39,467 nucleotides of DNA from the NCBI RefSeq assembly GCF_000143415.4, contig NW_003314484.1, positions 1-39,467 of the forward strand, in the 5' to 3' direction. The translations under genes and the position numbers were made by a program. Source of the DNA: Selaginella moellendorffii. Taxonomy: Eukaryota; Plantae; Lycopodiophyta. Under the pieces are notes generated by a model. That model made no database searches. It had not been told where the DNA came from and saw only the letters and a program-made list of their open reading frames with translations. Below, piece by piece: positions 24,873-36,446 of this stretch; positions within the stretch are counted from its first letter, which is position 1; every line of letters begins with the position of its first letter.

Positions 24873-26751
24873 TAATTGTCTAACTTATCTTTCTTTCTAT
24901 AATTTTGCAGACTCGTCAAAAAGGTACTCGGCATTCCTGTAGGAAAACGTTTCCCTGTAAAAAGGTCAACCGGTCAAAGGTGCGAATATTCTCTCTACAA
25001 AAATCAACAATCCCGCCATTTTCTTCATCGCATCTCCCGAGAATTGGGATAGCTCTCCAGCTTCCACTCGATCTCTGCCCACTTGAGGTGAGATGCATGG
25101 ACCCTACAAGAAGCCAGCCGTGGACACCACGCTGTTGCATCTCCCGTCAATGTGCTGTTTACCAATCCTGTTCCTTGAACCGAACCTGACTACAAGAATG
25201 TCGGAAGCCCTTGAGTTGTTCAGCAACCTTGATCGAGAACAACTCGGCCTGGCAGAAATGCAATGAACTGGCAACGAATTCATATTTCTGAATCGAAATC
25301 AGCATGCTGAAAAAGACCAAGACTACAAAGATGACAAAAAGGAGCAAGTAAATCTAAACAACTACAACGATCAGCTGCAAACAGACATGTTAGAAGCCAA
25401 GCAGAGAATCAGAGTAATGAAAGAAACTCACCAAACAGATTGCCAGGCAGGATCGCAGAGGATGTCGCGCGCGGATGGACGCTGGTCGCGTCTTGCTGCG
25501 ACCAGCTCCAACACCTTGGGCGCAATTGATGGGTGTTGGTACGCCCAGTCTGCTGGTAAAACGCCATCCCGGACGTCAATCAATACCGACTCCCTTTCCT
25601 ACACAGATTCACCAAACTAAGCAAGCACGTTGCACAAACTGCAGCCAAACCTGGTCCGGGGGACACCTCCAATGAAGTTCGAAGAGTATAACTCCAAGCG
25701 CAAGCATGTCAGTGTAGGTTGAGTTGCTCCGGCGCTGGGGAGAGTAGTAAACTGCTCTCCCCTTCTTGATATTTTCGGTCTCGAGCATGGACTCCTTATT
25801 TTTAGCTGTAAGCCAACAAATGAGAGATGGAAGAGATGTTTCATTTGCCTACCAAGACCGAAATCTCCCAGCTTGATGCGTCCATCGTCTGTGACGAAGA
25901 TGTTGTGTGGTGCTATATCCCGATGAACACCCACGTTGTCGTGCACATGCGCCACAGCTTGAAGAAGCTGCCTAAACGCATCTGCAGGTGGTGACTCACC
26001 GCCGAGGAGCACCGACTGGAGCGAGCGGCCACAAAACTCCATGACAATGTACACTTTCGACTTGCCCGGCTCGCCTTCCTCCTTCCACATGTTGAAGTAT
26101 TTGACTATGTTGGGGTGTTCGCAGCGCTGGAGCATCTCTCCCTCCTTGAAGACGAGCGCGACATCCTGGTCTCTGGACTTCGTTGCTGTGCGAACCTTGA
26201 TGACTTTGATGGCGTAGATTTGTTCGTCCTCCTTGCTACGGCACTTGTATACTTTCCCGGACGCCCCCTGGCCAACACAAGCGAGCACTTCGTAGCTGCT
26301 GCAGAAGCGGCCTGGACAAGAGAGACAAGGGGCCACTCAGAAGCGAAAAGATGCCAAAGAGACAAATTATTGTATCCACCTGCTGCTGCAACTGGAGTCT
26401 CCCCTCCCTTTTGGATCGATTCCACGATCCCGGTCACAACATTCGCCGAGAGCATCTTGAATCTCTCCAAGCGTTGCGCCATTGCGAGGAATTGCCGAAC
26501 ATATTCTGCAAGTCATGAATCAAACCAGCAAAGAGTCGTGTCAGCCAACAAAAGGAATTCCTCGTACCAGCGTCAGGAGCAGCCTGCAACGCGGATGCAT
26601 CATGATCAGTTTCTCCTGCTCCTGCTTCAACGAGGATCTTCATCAGACAAGTGCAGATGTTTCAAGTTTTGACCAACCTGATCGAGCTCGGTTAATCGGA
26701 TCCAGTGGGCGGGTCCTTTCGAGCATGACGTCGGATCGCTTCTGAGTGTGT
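24873..26751 (-). repeat. Arm 2 of the inverted duplication (partner 24-1902)
   Basis: Mirror-image ORF track and direct sequence comparison. Confidence 0.95.
25371..26643 (-). CDS. Stand-alone GCN2/eIF2alpha-kinase-like Ser/Thr kinase, copy B, intact (~328 aa from ATG 26643)
   Basis: Exons 26643-26568, 26505-26380, 26311-25853, 25805-25651, 25598-25432, 25374-25371 total 987 nt in one open frame. RFCSSYEVLACVGQG..YKCRSKEDEQIYAIK, HRDIAPHNIF..IKLGDFGLAK and ELHW..ERESVLIDVRDGVLPADW..RPSA resemble the plant GCN2 kinase domain (family call from recalled motifs, moderately certain). No RWD or HisRS-like domains seen. An extra 5' exon is possible (...ELDQ|ILVEAG via a 40-nt intron). Confidence 0.85.
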
Positions 26752-27108
26752 AGTTTCTTCGGACCAGCAGCTCTCTTCCTCTCCATGGTGGACTCTGGTC
26801 AGTGTTAACATTGTGAGTCGTTGCTGAAAGCACAAAAGAGATTGAGGAGTCGTTACTGCACTTATCCAACGGCTGGAGCCTAGAATGCGCACATCAGCTG
26901 TCCGTCAATGGATTCACAACAAACTTGCTACAATTGCATGCTCCTTCCGCCTCGCCAACAGTAGGCCGCAAACCAGCAGCGCACTCACCTCTGCCCTTGC
27001 CAGACGATCACGGCAGCCCTAGATTTGGAATCTAAGCTGCATTGAGGATCGACGCGCTCCTCCGGCTCCCTTGGGCTTTGCCAATAGTAGGGTACAAGAA
27101 TACAAAAG

Positions 27109-27141
27109 GCCACGTCAGATAGAGTTTAGGGCAGACGTGGC
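27109..27141. promoter_or_regulatory. Inverted pair of ACGT-core (G-box/ABRE/Hex-like) motifs in a putative bidirectional promoter
   Basis: GCCACGTC(A) at 27109-27117 and GACGTGGC at 27134-27141, between the divergent kinase and phosphatase. Confidence 0.4.
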
Positions 27142-27206
27142 ACCTTTGGTCACCTTTTGTGGCCCTTCTTCATTTCCACGGAATACGAGTCATTTTTTAG
27201 GGTATC

Positions 27207-27788
27207 ATGAAGAAGACACTCATTCTCGATCTAGACAATACACTGGTATACGCTCATAAGGATCTCGTCTCTTCTGTAGATTTCAGCATGGAATTTGACG
27301 ATGATGCACCACTCCACATCATGAAGAGACCAGATGAATTTCTGGGGAAGGTTTCAAATGTGTACGATATCGTGGTGTTTAGTGCCGCCCAGGAGAAGTA
27401 TGTCAACCTTGTGGTTGACCATCTGGATCCTACTGGGGGGCTTGTGTCGAGGAGGCTACATGGTGGCAATTGCGTTGTTCTAAAGGACAGGACGAAAGTC
27501 AAGAATCTTGACCATGTAGGGTTTCGGGATTTCAAGCGGGTGGTGGCACTGGATGACATTATTGACTTCTACCAAGGTCATCAAGAGAGCGTGGTGGTGG
27601 CTCCAAAGTTTGAGGGGTCAAAGGATGACCACTTCTTGGCAGATGTAACCCCATTCCTTCTTGCGCTGTCAAAGTGTGTGGATTTTACCAAAGTCACCCA
27701 TCGCTGGAATATTGGACAATGTGTGGAGAAGCAAGGCAAATTGTACGTCCTAGATCCATTCGATGATGAATGGGTTGTTTTTAACTGA
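27207..27788 (+). CDS. Intronless NIF/FCP1-SCP-like HAD phosphatase, 193 aa (catalytic domain only)
   Basis: KKTLILDLDNTLV (DxDxT), KRP--DEFL, YDIVVFSAA..KYVNLVVDHLDP, VKNLDHVGFRDFKRVVALDD, F.GS.DD..L. Open frame, but lacks 2 codons (GV) present in the paralogs. Confidence 0.88.
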   Translation: MKKTLILDLDNTLVYAHKDLVSSVDFSMEFDDDAPLHIMKRPDEFLGKVSNVYDIVVFSAAQEKYVNLVVDHLDPTGGLVSRRLHGGNCVVLKDRTKVKNLDHVGFRDFKRVVALDDIIDFYQGHQESVVVAPKFEGSKDDHFLADVTPFLLALSKCVDFTKVTHRWNIGQCVEKQGKLYVLDPFDDEWVVFN

Positions 27789-28195
27789 TTATTGTATTTT
27801 GTAATAAATGTTATAATTTTTCTGCCAAAGTGTAGTTTATGCAAATGAATCTTAGTGAACTTTTGAGCTCAGGATTTCCTACATGTCTCATGTAAAACAA
27901 AATGGCAAAACAAGAAAAACAGCACACCAAATTTTCAAGCTCTTTTGCCAAGGAAATCCCCTTTACATTGAGAGCCCACAGCTTTGCAACACCCCATGAA
28001 CACCAATAGGAGCACGTGCCCACCTCAAACAACAAGCGAGACTTCAAAAAGGACATCACTGATCCAACATTTGATGCCGGAGGATAAGATGTTTAGAAGC
28101 CTGATTGCTTCTGAGTTCTTTTATGTCTGTTGTTTAGTGCCTATGTGAAGCTATTGACAAAAATGTGATGATCCATATGAAGCTCTTCACAGGAT

Positions 28196-28199
<4 letters not shown>

Positions 28200-28226
<27 letters not shown>
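28200..28226 (+). repeat. (GA)n microsatellite
   Basis: Direct reading. Confidence 0.95.
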
Positions 28227-28228
<2 letters not shown>

Positions 28229-28236
28229 TCTTTGCC

Positions 28237-29182
28237 ATGACATCCAGCGAAGTAGCACCTGCAGGCATCTCCACGCCAAATCGCGACTCTTCTGCGCCAA
28301 TGTGGTGATTCCAAGTCCCTCCCGCGAGGGAAGCTCTTGCACCGCCGCCTGGCCGCCACCCTCGACCTACGCCACCACCCCTTGTTCAGCAATCTCCTCA
28401 TCCTCATGTATGGCAAGTGCTCCAGCCTCCCGGACGCATGGTCCGTCTTCCACGATCTCGTCCACAAGAACGCCTTCTCCTGTAACATCATGATCTCGAC
28501 GCTCTGCGCAAACGGCCAGAGCGCGCAAGCGATTCATCTCTTCCTCGCCCTCGCCAGCGATTCAGTCGTCCGCCCCACCCACGTCTCGTTCGTCGCCGCG
28601 CTCGCCGCCTGCGCCAATTGCCCCGATCTCCAGTCGGGCATCCGGATCCACGCCCAGATCGTCGCCGCGCCACCCGCGATCGCGAGCAATCCAGTCGTGT
28701 GCTGCGCCCTCTTAACCATGTATGGGAAATGCGGCAGCCTGGCAGACGCGCGGAAGGTCTTTGATGACATGCTGCGCAAGACGATAGTCGCCTGGAGCGC
28801 GATGCTGGCTGCTTGCACCAGAAATCCCAATCAGGGCGGGCTCCCCGCTGCGATCGAGCTCTATCGCCAGCTCCGGGATGCCGGCATTGGCGCGGACTGG
28901 AACACTGCGATTGCCGCAAATGCCCATAATGGGCAGTTTAGAGCAGCGATTGCGCTGCTGTGGAAGTTGGATCTGGAAGGGATCGGGCTTGATATGGTGA
29001 CACTGACTGAGATCCTGGCAGCGTGTTCTTGGAAGCAGGATAAAGCACAGGGTATAAAGATCCACGAGCGTACTTGCTCGTGTGGCTGGGAGCGTAATGT
29101 TGTCGCTGGAACCTCTATCGTCAACATGTATGGAAAGTGTGGCAGAATCAAGGAAGCATCAAGGAAGGAAGCAAGAATCTAA
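28237..29182 (+). pseudogene. PLS-class pentatricopeptide repeat gene, probably a truncated pseudogene
   Basis: ATLLRQCGDSKSL..GKLLH, three MYGKC motifs, FVAALAAC..G.RIH, DARKVFDDM..KTIVAWSAM. ATG 28237 is out of frame with the PPR frame; apparent internal deletion (GIGAD^WNTAI); abrupt stop mid-repeat with no E/DYW domain. Confidence 0.82.
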
Positions 29183-29796
29183 AGTTATTTTTTGTTTATC
29201 ATGGCCTTTATAAAAAAAATTAAAATATTTTCTTTTCATAATTTATATACCTTTATTTATATGTTGTTACATTTTATGCCAAGTTTCATATCATCAAATA
29301 GATAATGGCTGAAGAACTAGTTTATAACTTGCACATAAAGATAGAAAATTATTTACTGGACAATAATATCTATATTCAAAAGTTAATTCAAATTTGTAAA
29401 ACAACTAACCAGAATTATCTTGATTCTCTATTTATTTAAAAACTTCCAAATTCATTTTGTTTATATCTTGGCTTACTATTAATTGAAATATAGAAATGTG
29501 AGGTCAAGTGTATAGCTACAATAATGTATACTAATATTAGCATAGTGGGATTTTGGTAGCTATCAGATTAGTTTCAATATAAACTAGAGTTTTTGGGATA
29601 ATTGATATGCATATTTTATGTATTCTCTTTCTATATTCCATGCACTCACATTATTTTATATTCCATATAGTTTCAATTTGAACCACTTGCTTTTGTATAT
29701 AAACTAGAGTTTTTGGGATAATTGATATACACATTTTATGTATTCCTTATCCATATTCCATGCGCTCACATTATTTTATATTCCATGCACTCACAT

Positions 29797-29812
29797 TGGT
29801 GGAGGTGAGGGG
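29797..29812 (+). promoter_or_regulatory. Primer-binding site, probably tRNA-Ala (TGGTGGAGGTGAGGGG)
   Basis: 1 nt after the LTR end; resembles the complement of a tRNA-Ala 3' end (TGGTGGAGATGCGGGG, recalled). Confidence 0.6.
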
Positions 29813-31843
29813 CAAGTTTGATTATTCTTGAAAAGTGCTTGGATTTGGGATTTTGGTTTAAATTTAACATTTGCATTGTCTAAATTTACCTTTTTCCATT
29901 TCTTTCTTTTATTCTTTCCTTTTGGGATTTTGGTTTAGATCTAGCTTTTGCATTATCAATATCTCCCTTTCCTTCTAGCTTTTTTTTATTTCATTTCTTT
30001 TGCTCTTTCTTTTTCATTCATCTTTATGGTAGAGCAGTAATCTCCTCCTCCTTTGTTTTTGGAGCACAATTGCTTGATGCTATATGATTGCAGTTGAACA
30101 ACCAAACTCAGTTAATGGCAGTATTCATAACACATGGTATAACTCTTATTGCTCTTGGTGCCAATCCTCATGTTCAACTAGAATTCTTTTATGGGAATCC
30201 TTAGGGACAATGTGTACTATTGATTCAATCACTTCATAGTGATTGCCATATATCATTTTTGGGATGATACTCGATGTTTGTATGAGTTTCCCACGTGTTT
30301 CCAAGGGATGGTGCTGTAGTGGTATAATGGTTTGAATGTAGCTATTCGTAGGGATTAGAGTATTCTTCGAGACGTCTTCAAACACACATTTGGATATGCC
30401 GACAATTGTGATGATACTTTCCAAAAATTGCATCGTCTTTGTTAAGGACCATCTAAGTTGGTGATGCAATTTAGCATTTGTTTTCGTAGCCTTTTGCTTC
30501 ATGCGGAGCCAAATATGTTAGAGTGGATCAAACTAAGAATGTTGTGGCCAACACTTCGTCAAAGTTTTATAGGACTTGTGCATGCACTTGCTCCAATGAC
30601 CCCTAACAATGCTTTTTGTTTGGCACAACATTATGAGACATTGCATTTTCCACTTCTCGCTACACAACTTTTAACTCCACTTTCTGTAGGAGATGGTTTT
30701 GTTTCAATGGAGGTTGATGTTACTGCTGCTTAGGTTTAAGGACAAGGGTGAGGATGTGGTTATAGTTGTGATATTCGCTACTGAGCATGTAATGAAGTTG
30801 GTCACACTTATCAGTATTGTCAGTGTTTTCCGGATTGGTAGCTTCCATTTCTTGGGTGGAGACTTTGGCATCAACAATGTCTTGTTAGTATTGTTGCAGT
30901 GAAAGGTCTAGACATCGAGATGCATCCAGGAAATGAGGATTCGTGCAAGTAATGTAGGGACCTTGCACGAATAAGTCAATGACCCCTCCATCTTTCTTTT
31001 GGAAGTATCATCAAAAAGTTCATTCGGCATCAGTTCATCCAGTGTTTGCTTTCCAAGCTTATTTTTATAACAAAAGGTCTTTTATTATTCTCTTTGTATT
31101 GATTCATACATGTTCAAGTTTATCTTCTATTGCTCGACTTGTTGCCATATGTTACCACCTATATTTGTGTCATGCAGTAGAGTCAGTTTTCATTCTTTAT
31201 GGCAACAGCCATACATATGCATATGTACGGGATGAAATGAACTTAGTTGTGTATATAGGTGATCTTGAACTTGGACTGTAGTCATTGCCAGTGGTGCCGA
31301 GTTAAGCTTTGGACCTCATCCTTGGTATGAGCACAATCATGCTAAATGTGACTTTGAGGCGTCTTCCCCTTGTCTCATACTTCCTTATATTTTATTTATT
31401 CCTTTCACTTCGAAACATGTTTGTCCCTTTGCTTCTACTTCTACTTTCATTACTTTTGTCTCCCCATTATTTCCTTTTATGTTTCTATTTTGTTTTGCTT
31501 TTCCATTTTTCAATCCCTCGGTTGATAAGCTCATGAAGGAGTATGCCAATCTCTTTGAGTTTCACCTATTGTCTGGGGCCAAGATTGCTATATATCATCT
31601 GATTCCAACTAGGGATACTCATCCCATCAAAGTTTCTGTTCATTATCAATCACTCAAAGAGATCAAGATTTTACATGCAAACGTCAAGGAGATGTTGGAA
31701 AAGGGTGTTATTCAAAACTCACGGAGTCCTTGGGCATATGAACCTCATCTTGTGACGAAGCCTAATGCGAATATTCATTTCTACATCGATTATCATTCGT
31801 TGAACAAAATGACGATTTTAGATATGTATCCTTTTCCTCACTT

Positions 31844-32130
31844 ATGCTTTATTTCGTTAAAGTGGAACTTTTCATTATCCCACTTATGGTGTGTGGCCAC
31901 ATGCCATTTTTATAACAACAATAAAAACATGAAGTTTTAGCTTTATAATTTATAAATTAAAAACTTTTCATATGATTTTGTGTTATAATATTGTGAAATA
32001 TAAAAAATAAATTTAAAAACTGATAGAAATATTAATAAATATTAATTAAGTACTAGGAAATGGCATGTGGACACATGCTAATTAATGTCCCACTTTACTA
32101 AATAAGTTCCACTTTAACGAAATAAAGTAT
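31844..32130 (+). mobile_element. MITE (287 bp), 27-bp TIR ATGCTTTATTTCGTTAAAGTGGAACTT, imperfect 4-bp TSD ACTT/ACAT
   Basis: Absent from the paralogous site at ~15337 (single ACCT); interrupts the RT region. Confidence 0.9.
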
Positions 32131-35100
32131 ACATGTTGATTTCTTAGATCATATAAAAAGAAGTTGTTAGTTCACTAAGTTAGATCTTGCTTCTAGGTAC
32201 TGGCAAATACTAATGGGCGAAGAAGATATTCCTAAGAATACTTTTTATACACCATTTAGTTTGTATGAGGTTTTGGTGATTCTGTTTGGTTTGAATAATG
32301 CTTTAGCATTTTTCCAACAAATGATGGATGGGGTTCTTTGTGATATGCTAGAGGTGATTATTAACTTCATTAGTGATGTTTTGATCCACTCGAAGGGGAT
32401 GTGGGAGGAATATATGTTTGTAAAGTGTTAAATCAATTATGGGAAGTTGGTTTAAAGTTGAAGTGGTCGAAGTGTGTACTTGACTCTAATGACACGACTT
32501 ATCTTGAGTACCGTATTTTTCGTGAGGGTTTGTAAGTTGATCCTGACAAGCTTGTGGCTATTGTAATGTTCCCTACTCCAAAGTGTGTAAATGATATGTA
32601 GTGCTTCCTAGGTAAAGTGTAGTATCTTAGTTATTTTGGGGATCATATTTTTTATCACATTGCACTGTTGCAAGTGCTGTCGAAGTCATCAACATCATCT
32701 TTCATCTAGTCTGTGGATTGTGAGTAGACATTCATGGATTTCAAAAAGCTATTGACGACTCTTCCGGTTTTGGCGTATCCTAACTACACTCGACCTTTCA
32801 TTTTGCACATAAATACTTCTGATATTGGTCTTGGAGGTGTATTGATGCAAAAGAGCCTGAGTGTGTTTGGAGAACAACCAGTAGAAGAAAACTACTTCAC
32901 GACAGAGAAAGAATATTTAGTAACAATCTGGGGTTTTGAAAAACTTCATGCATATCTACATGGTTTTTGGACATTACTGGAAGGTGATGATGCTACCATT
33001 ACTTCATTATTGAAATGAAAAAACCTGATTGGTCATATTGCTCGGTGGGCTTTGAAGCTTTAGATATATAATTTTAATAATGTTCATCACCCAGGGAGTT
33101 CTATGGCTGATGATAATGCCTTTTCTCGAGCTCCTCTTCCTTATTTGCCCTTTTTTCCATATTTCTAACGAGTGTGTTGTTCTAGCATCTGTGGATTTTC
33201 TAGACAAGGATTCTGTGTTGTTAGCAGTTGTTGTATTTAATGTTCAACGTCCACAAGGTGTAAAACAGAATTTACCTTCTCTTGATGAGTTTTGTGAAGC
33301 TCAAAAGATTGAGTCATGGATTTGAAGGCTTCATAATGGGTTTAAAAATTTTACATCACTTGCTGATGACTTGCCATTCCAGCATTTACTTTTTTAATAT
33401 TACTTTGGAAACAACCTTCTTTATTTTATGGGTACGAATCCTTATGATCATTTATAGTTGGTAGTGCCTTCAATCTTTATTTCATGGTTCCTCCATGCCT
33501 ACCATGATTCTCCTATTCTAGGCGGGCATATGGGACATCGTCATGTGACCAAAAAGCTATGTAAGTGTTTTTATTAGCCCGAGATGCAATGTGATTTTAT
33601 TCAGTATGTGCATAGCTGTGTTTGGTGCTAATCTCATAATACTACCCCTTGTGCTGCAAAAGGATAGTTGGAGTCAATTGTAGTTTTCCATCCTTTTAAG
33701 TTTGTGGCATTTGATCTTATGGGACTTTTTCAATGATTGACTGCTCGTAATGAGTATGTTATTATTACTTTTGACTGTTTAACTTGTTGGGTGGAAGTTG
33801 ATGCTTTTCCTAGTGCCTCTGTAACTATTGTTTGATACTTCCTCCTCAATCAAGTGGTGTTCCAATATTTTTTTCTGGAGCGGATTTTTTCGGATAATGG
33901 TCCCACATTTATCGCTGAGGCATTTTATGTTTTGACATCTCAGTTAGGGATATGCCATACGTTCAGGAGTGTTTATCATCCACAGTCAGACGATTTGATA
34001 GAACAGCTCATTAGTATTTGACGGGAAATCTTCCACTTATCCAAGTAGAGTCTGCAAAAATCTAGGCCACGTACAAGTGGGACAACAATAGCAGTACAAC
34101 ACCCATCATTATCCATCATTTCATCATCTTTATCATCATATGAAATTATATCATTCAAGGTAGCATGTTTATCACCTTAAAATTATAAGTAATAACAATA
34201 TATGTATAGTTATTTATTATTAGTTATATATATTTCTCTTTCTCTCTAATAAGTTATTAATTATTATTTTTATTTCTAATATAGGTGTAATATAATATAA
34301 ATAAGGAAGTATACAGTAACTTAAAAATTAATGTTTCTTACATCATTATTTATTATATAGTTAGCAATATAATAATAATATTAAATAAATTTTCTCTAAA
34401 TTATAAATAAATTATAAGAAAATATGTCTCTGATATATTATTTTTTAATTATATTTAATCACTTGGATCCTTTGGAAATGATGAACTTGAATAGATTACA
34501 CAATAGCTAGTGCAAAATTAGTTTTATAATCTTGTAGTAGAGTAACTAATAGAGCAACAATAGTATGCATAGCATTTTTAGTTTACTTTAGAAACTATAG
34601 TGTAAAGCATATAAATAAAATATTTAATATATAATAAAATATTCCTTATTCTAAGGGTTATAATTTCTTGCTGTTAAGCTTTTCTATAATTCATTTTTAT
34701 CAAGATTTAATTCTAATATTCTTGGGGGATGAGGAGGGGGGTTTAGTTTCCTATTGGGTGTGTCTATCTTTATTTTACATTTGGCTTAGGTCTAAGCTTA
34801 AGATCCATACCATGTTAGCTAGTGGAGTATTTATATCCTCGGGCTAGACCATTAATATGTTGAAATAATGCTTTAGCTTTGTTTTACATGTTTGTTTTAA
34901 TGTTGGGATGTTAAAATTTTTAAGACTATTTTAGTGTTTTTTTGTGCTCCTGTTTCATCACTCCTTAGTTGCATATTCAAGAGTTGTTCCATACTTTTAT
35001 TTCTTTGTTCATTAGACATATGCTTAGGAGTTTGATTCTATCATTTTGTTTAGTGGCCTAAGGCTCTAAAACTTAGGTGTTGCCCTTAGCACACATATCT

Positions 35101-36158
35101 CAAAAGTTAGGTCTATTCCATTGCTATCCTATAGTAATTAAAATGTGAAAATCATGATTTTGTCTTAAGCATATGCTAGAAGATAAAGATGATTTTATCT
35201 TGAAGCATATGCTAAAAGATAACCATGCAAAGTAAAAGAGGATCCATGACAATCAAAAGGTGGTAATACACCCATACAAGCAATAACTTGATAGATATAA
35301 AGGAATTCAAAGTGCTCAACCATATGTTGTGTGGCATCAGAATTAATAATAAGAGTAAAAAACAACTAATAGTTAATAAAGCACCAGTAACATGAGTATG
35401 ATTGTGTTGAAAATCCTTAGTTAAAAATAAAATAGGAGAAGATGAGTCATCAATAGTAGTATATGTCTATTGTTGTTATTTATTAGAACTAGTAGCAATA
35501 TAAGCTTTAGGGACTTGCAATGGATGAGGAATAACATGAGAAATTGAATAAGTATTATTTAGACGTTGATAAAAAAATTAGGAAATATGGCCAAAACGAT
35601 TTTAAATATATAGTAGGGATGGGTATGGTTGACCAACCTGAAACATCATCTAACTTCTTATTAGGCATGTTTATTTTTGTTTTATGTTTGGCTTAAGTTT
35701 AAGCCCAAACTTTGTACTATATTAGCTGGTGGAATATCATTATGCTGCCACCATTATGCTAAAATAGTCCTTTAGCTCCATTTTATGTGATAGTTTTGAT
35801 ATTGGAATGCTAAAAGCTCTATTCCTTATTCCTTATTTGTTCTTATTCCTTTGTTCATTAGCTTTATATATACTCAAGAGTTTTGTTCATCCCTTTGTTT
35901 AGTGGCCAAGGCCCTAAAACTTAGGTGCCACTCTATTGCCATTAGCACATATATATAAGCTTTTAAATATAATGTCACTAACCCCAATACTATTTAAACT
36001 TAAGGACACTTAACCCTAATATTTTAAAACTCTTAACTAATTAAAAAAAAGGGGTGCACTTTTATTTATCCCTTTATATTTGAACTCTATAGATCAATGT
36101 CTCAAATCATTCCTTTTGGTTGTTTATAATTCATTATGTTTCTCTATACAGTTGCAAC

Positions 36159-36446
36159 ATGCTTTATTTCGTTAAAGTGGAACTTATTCAGTAAAGTGGG
36201 ACATTAATTAGCATGTGTCCACATGCCATTTCCTAGTACTTAATTAATATTTATTAATATTTCTATCAGTTTTTTAATTTATTTTTTTATATTTCACAAT
36301 ATTATAACACAAAATTATATGAAAAGTTTTTAATTTATAAATTATAAAGCTAAAACTTCAATTTTTTATTGTTGTTATAAAAATGGCATGTGGCCACACA
36401 CCATAAGTGGGATAATGAAAAGTCCCACTTTAATGAAATAAAGCAT
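36159..36446 (-). mobile_element. MITE (288 bp), same family, opposite orientation, perfect 4-bp TSD CAAC
   Basis: CAAC at 36155-36158 and 36447-36450; the empty paralogous site at ~19295 has one CAAC. Confidence 0.93.

Larger units (their letters stand above)
29497..34030 (+). mobile_element. Decayed Ty3/gypsy element with short 5' LTR, PBS, gag-PR-RT-RH-IN; 3' truncated
   Basis: LTR 29497-29795 (TGTGAG...CTCACA, internally duplicated); SRSPWA..LVTKPN..FYIDYHSLNKMTILDMYPFP; SDNGPTF; YHPQSD.LIE; many stops. Confidence 0.9.

Noticed and set aside
27010-27040. Small hairpin TAGATTTGGAATCTA as a Helitron 3' end
   Set aside because: AT-rich stem with no correctly placed downstream CTRR terminus.
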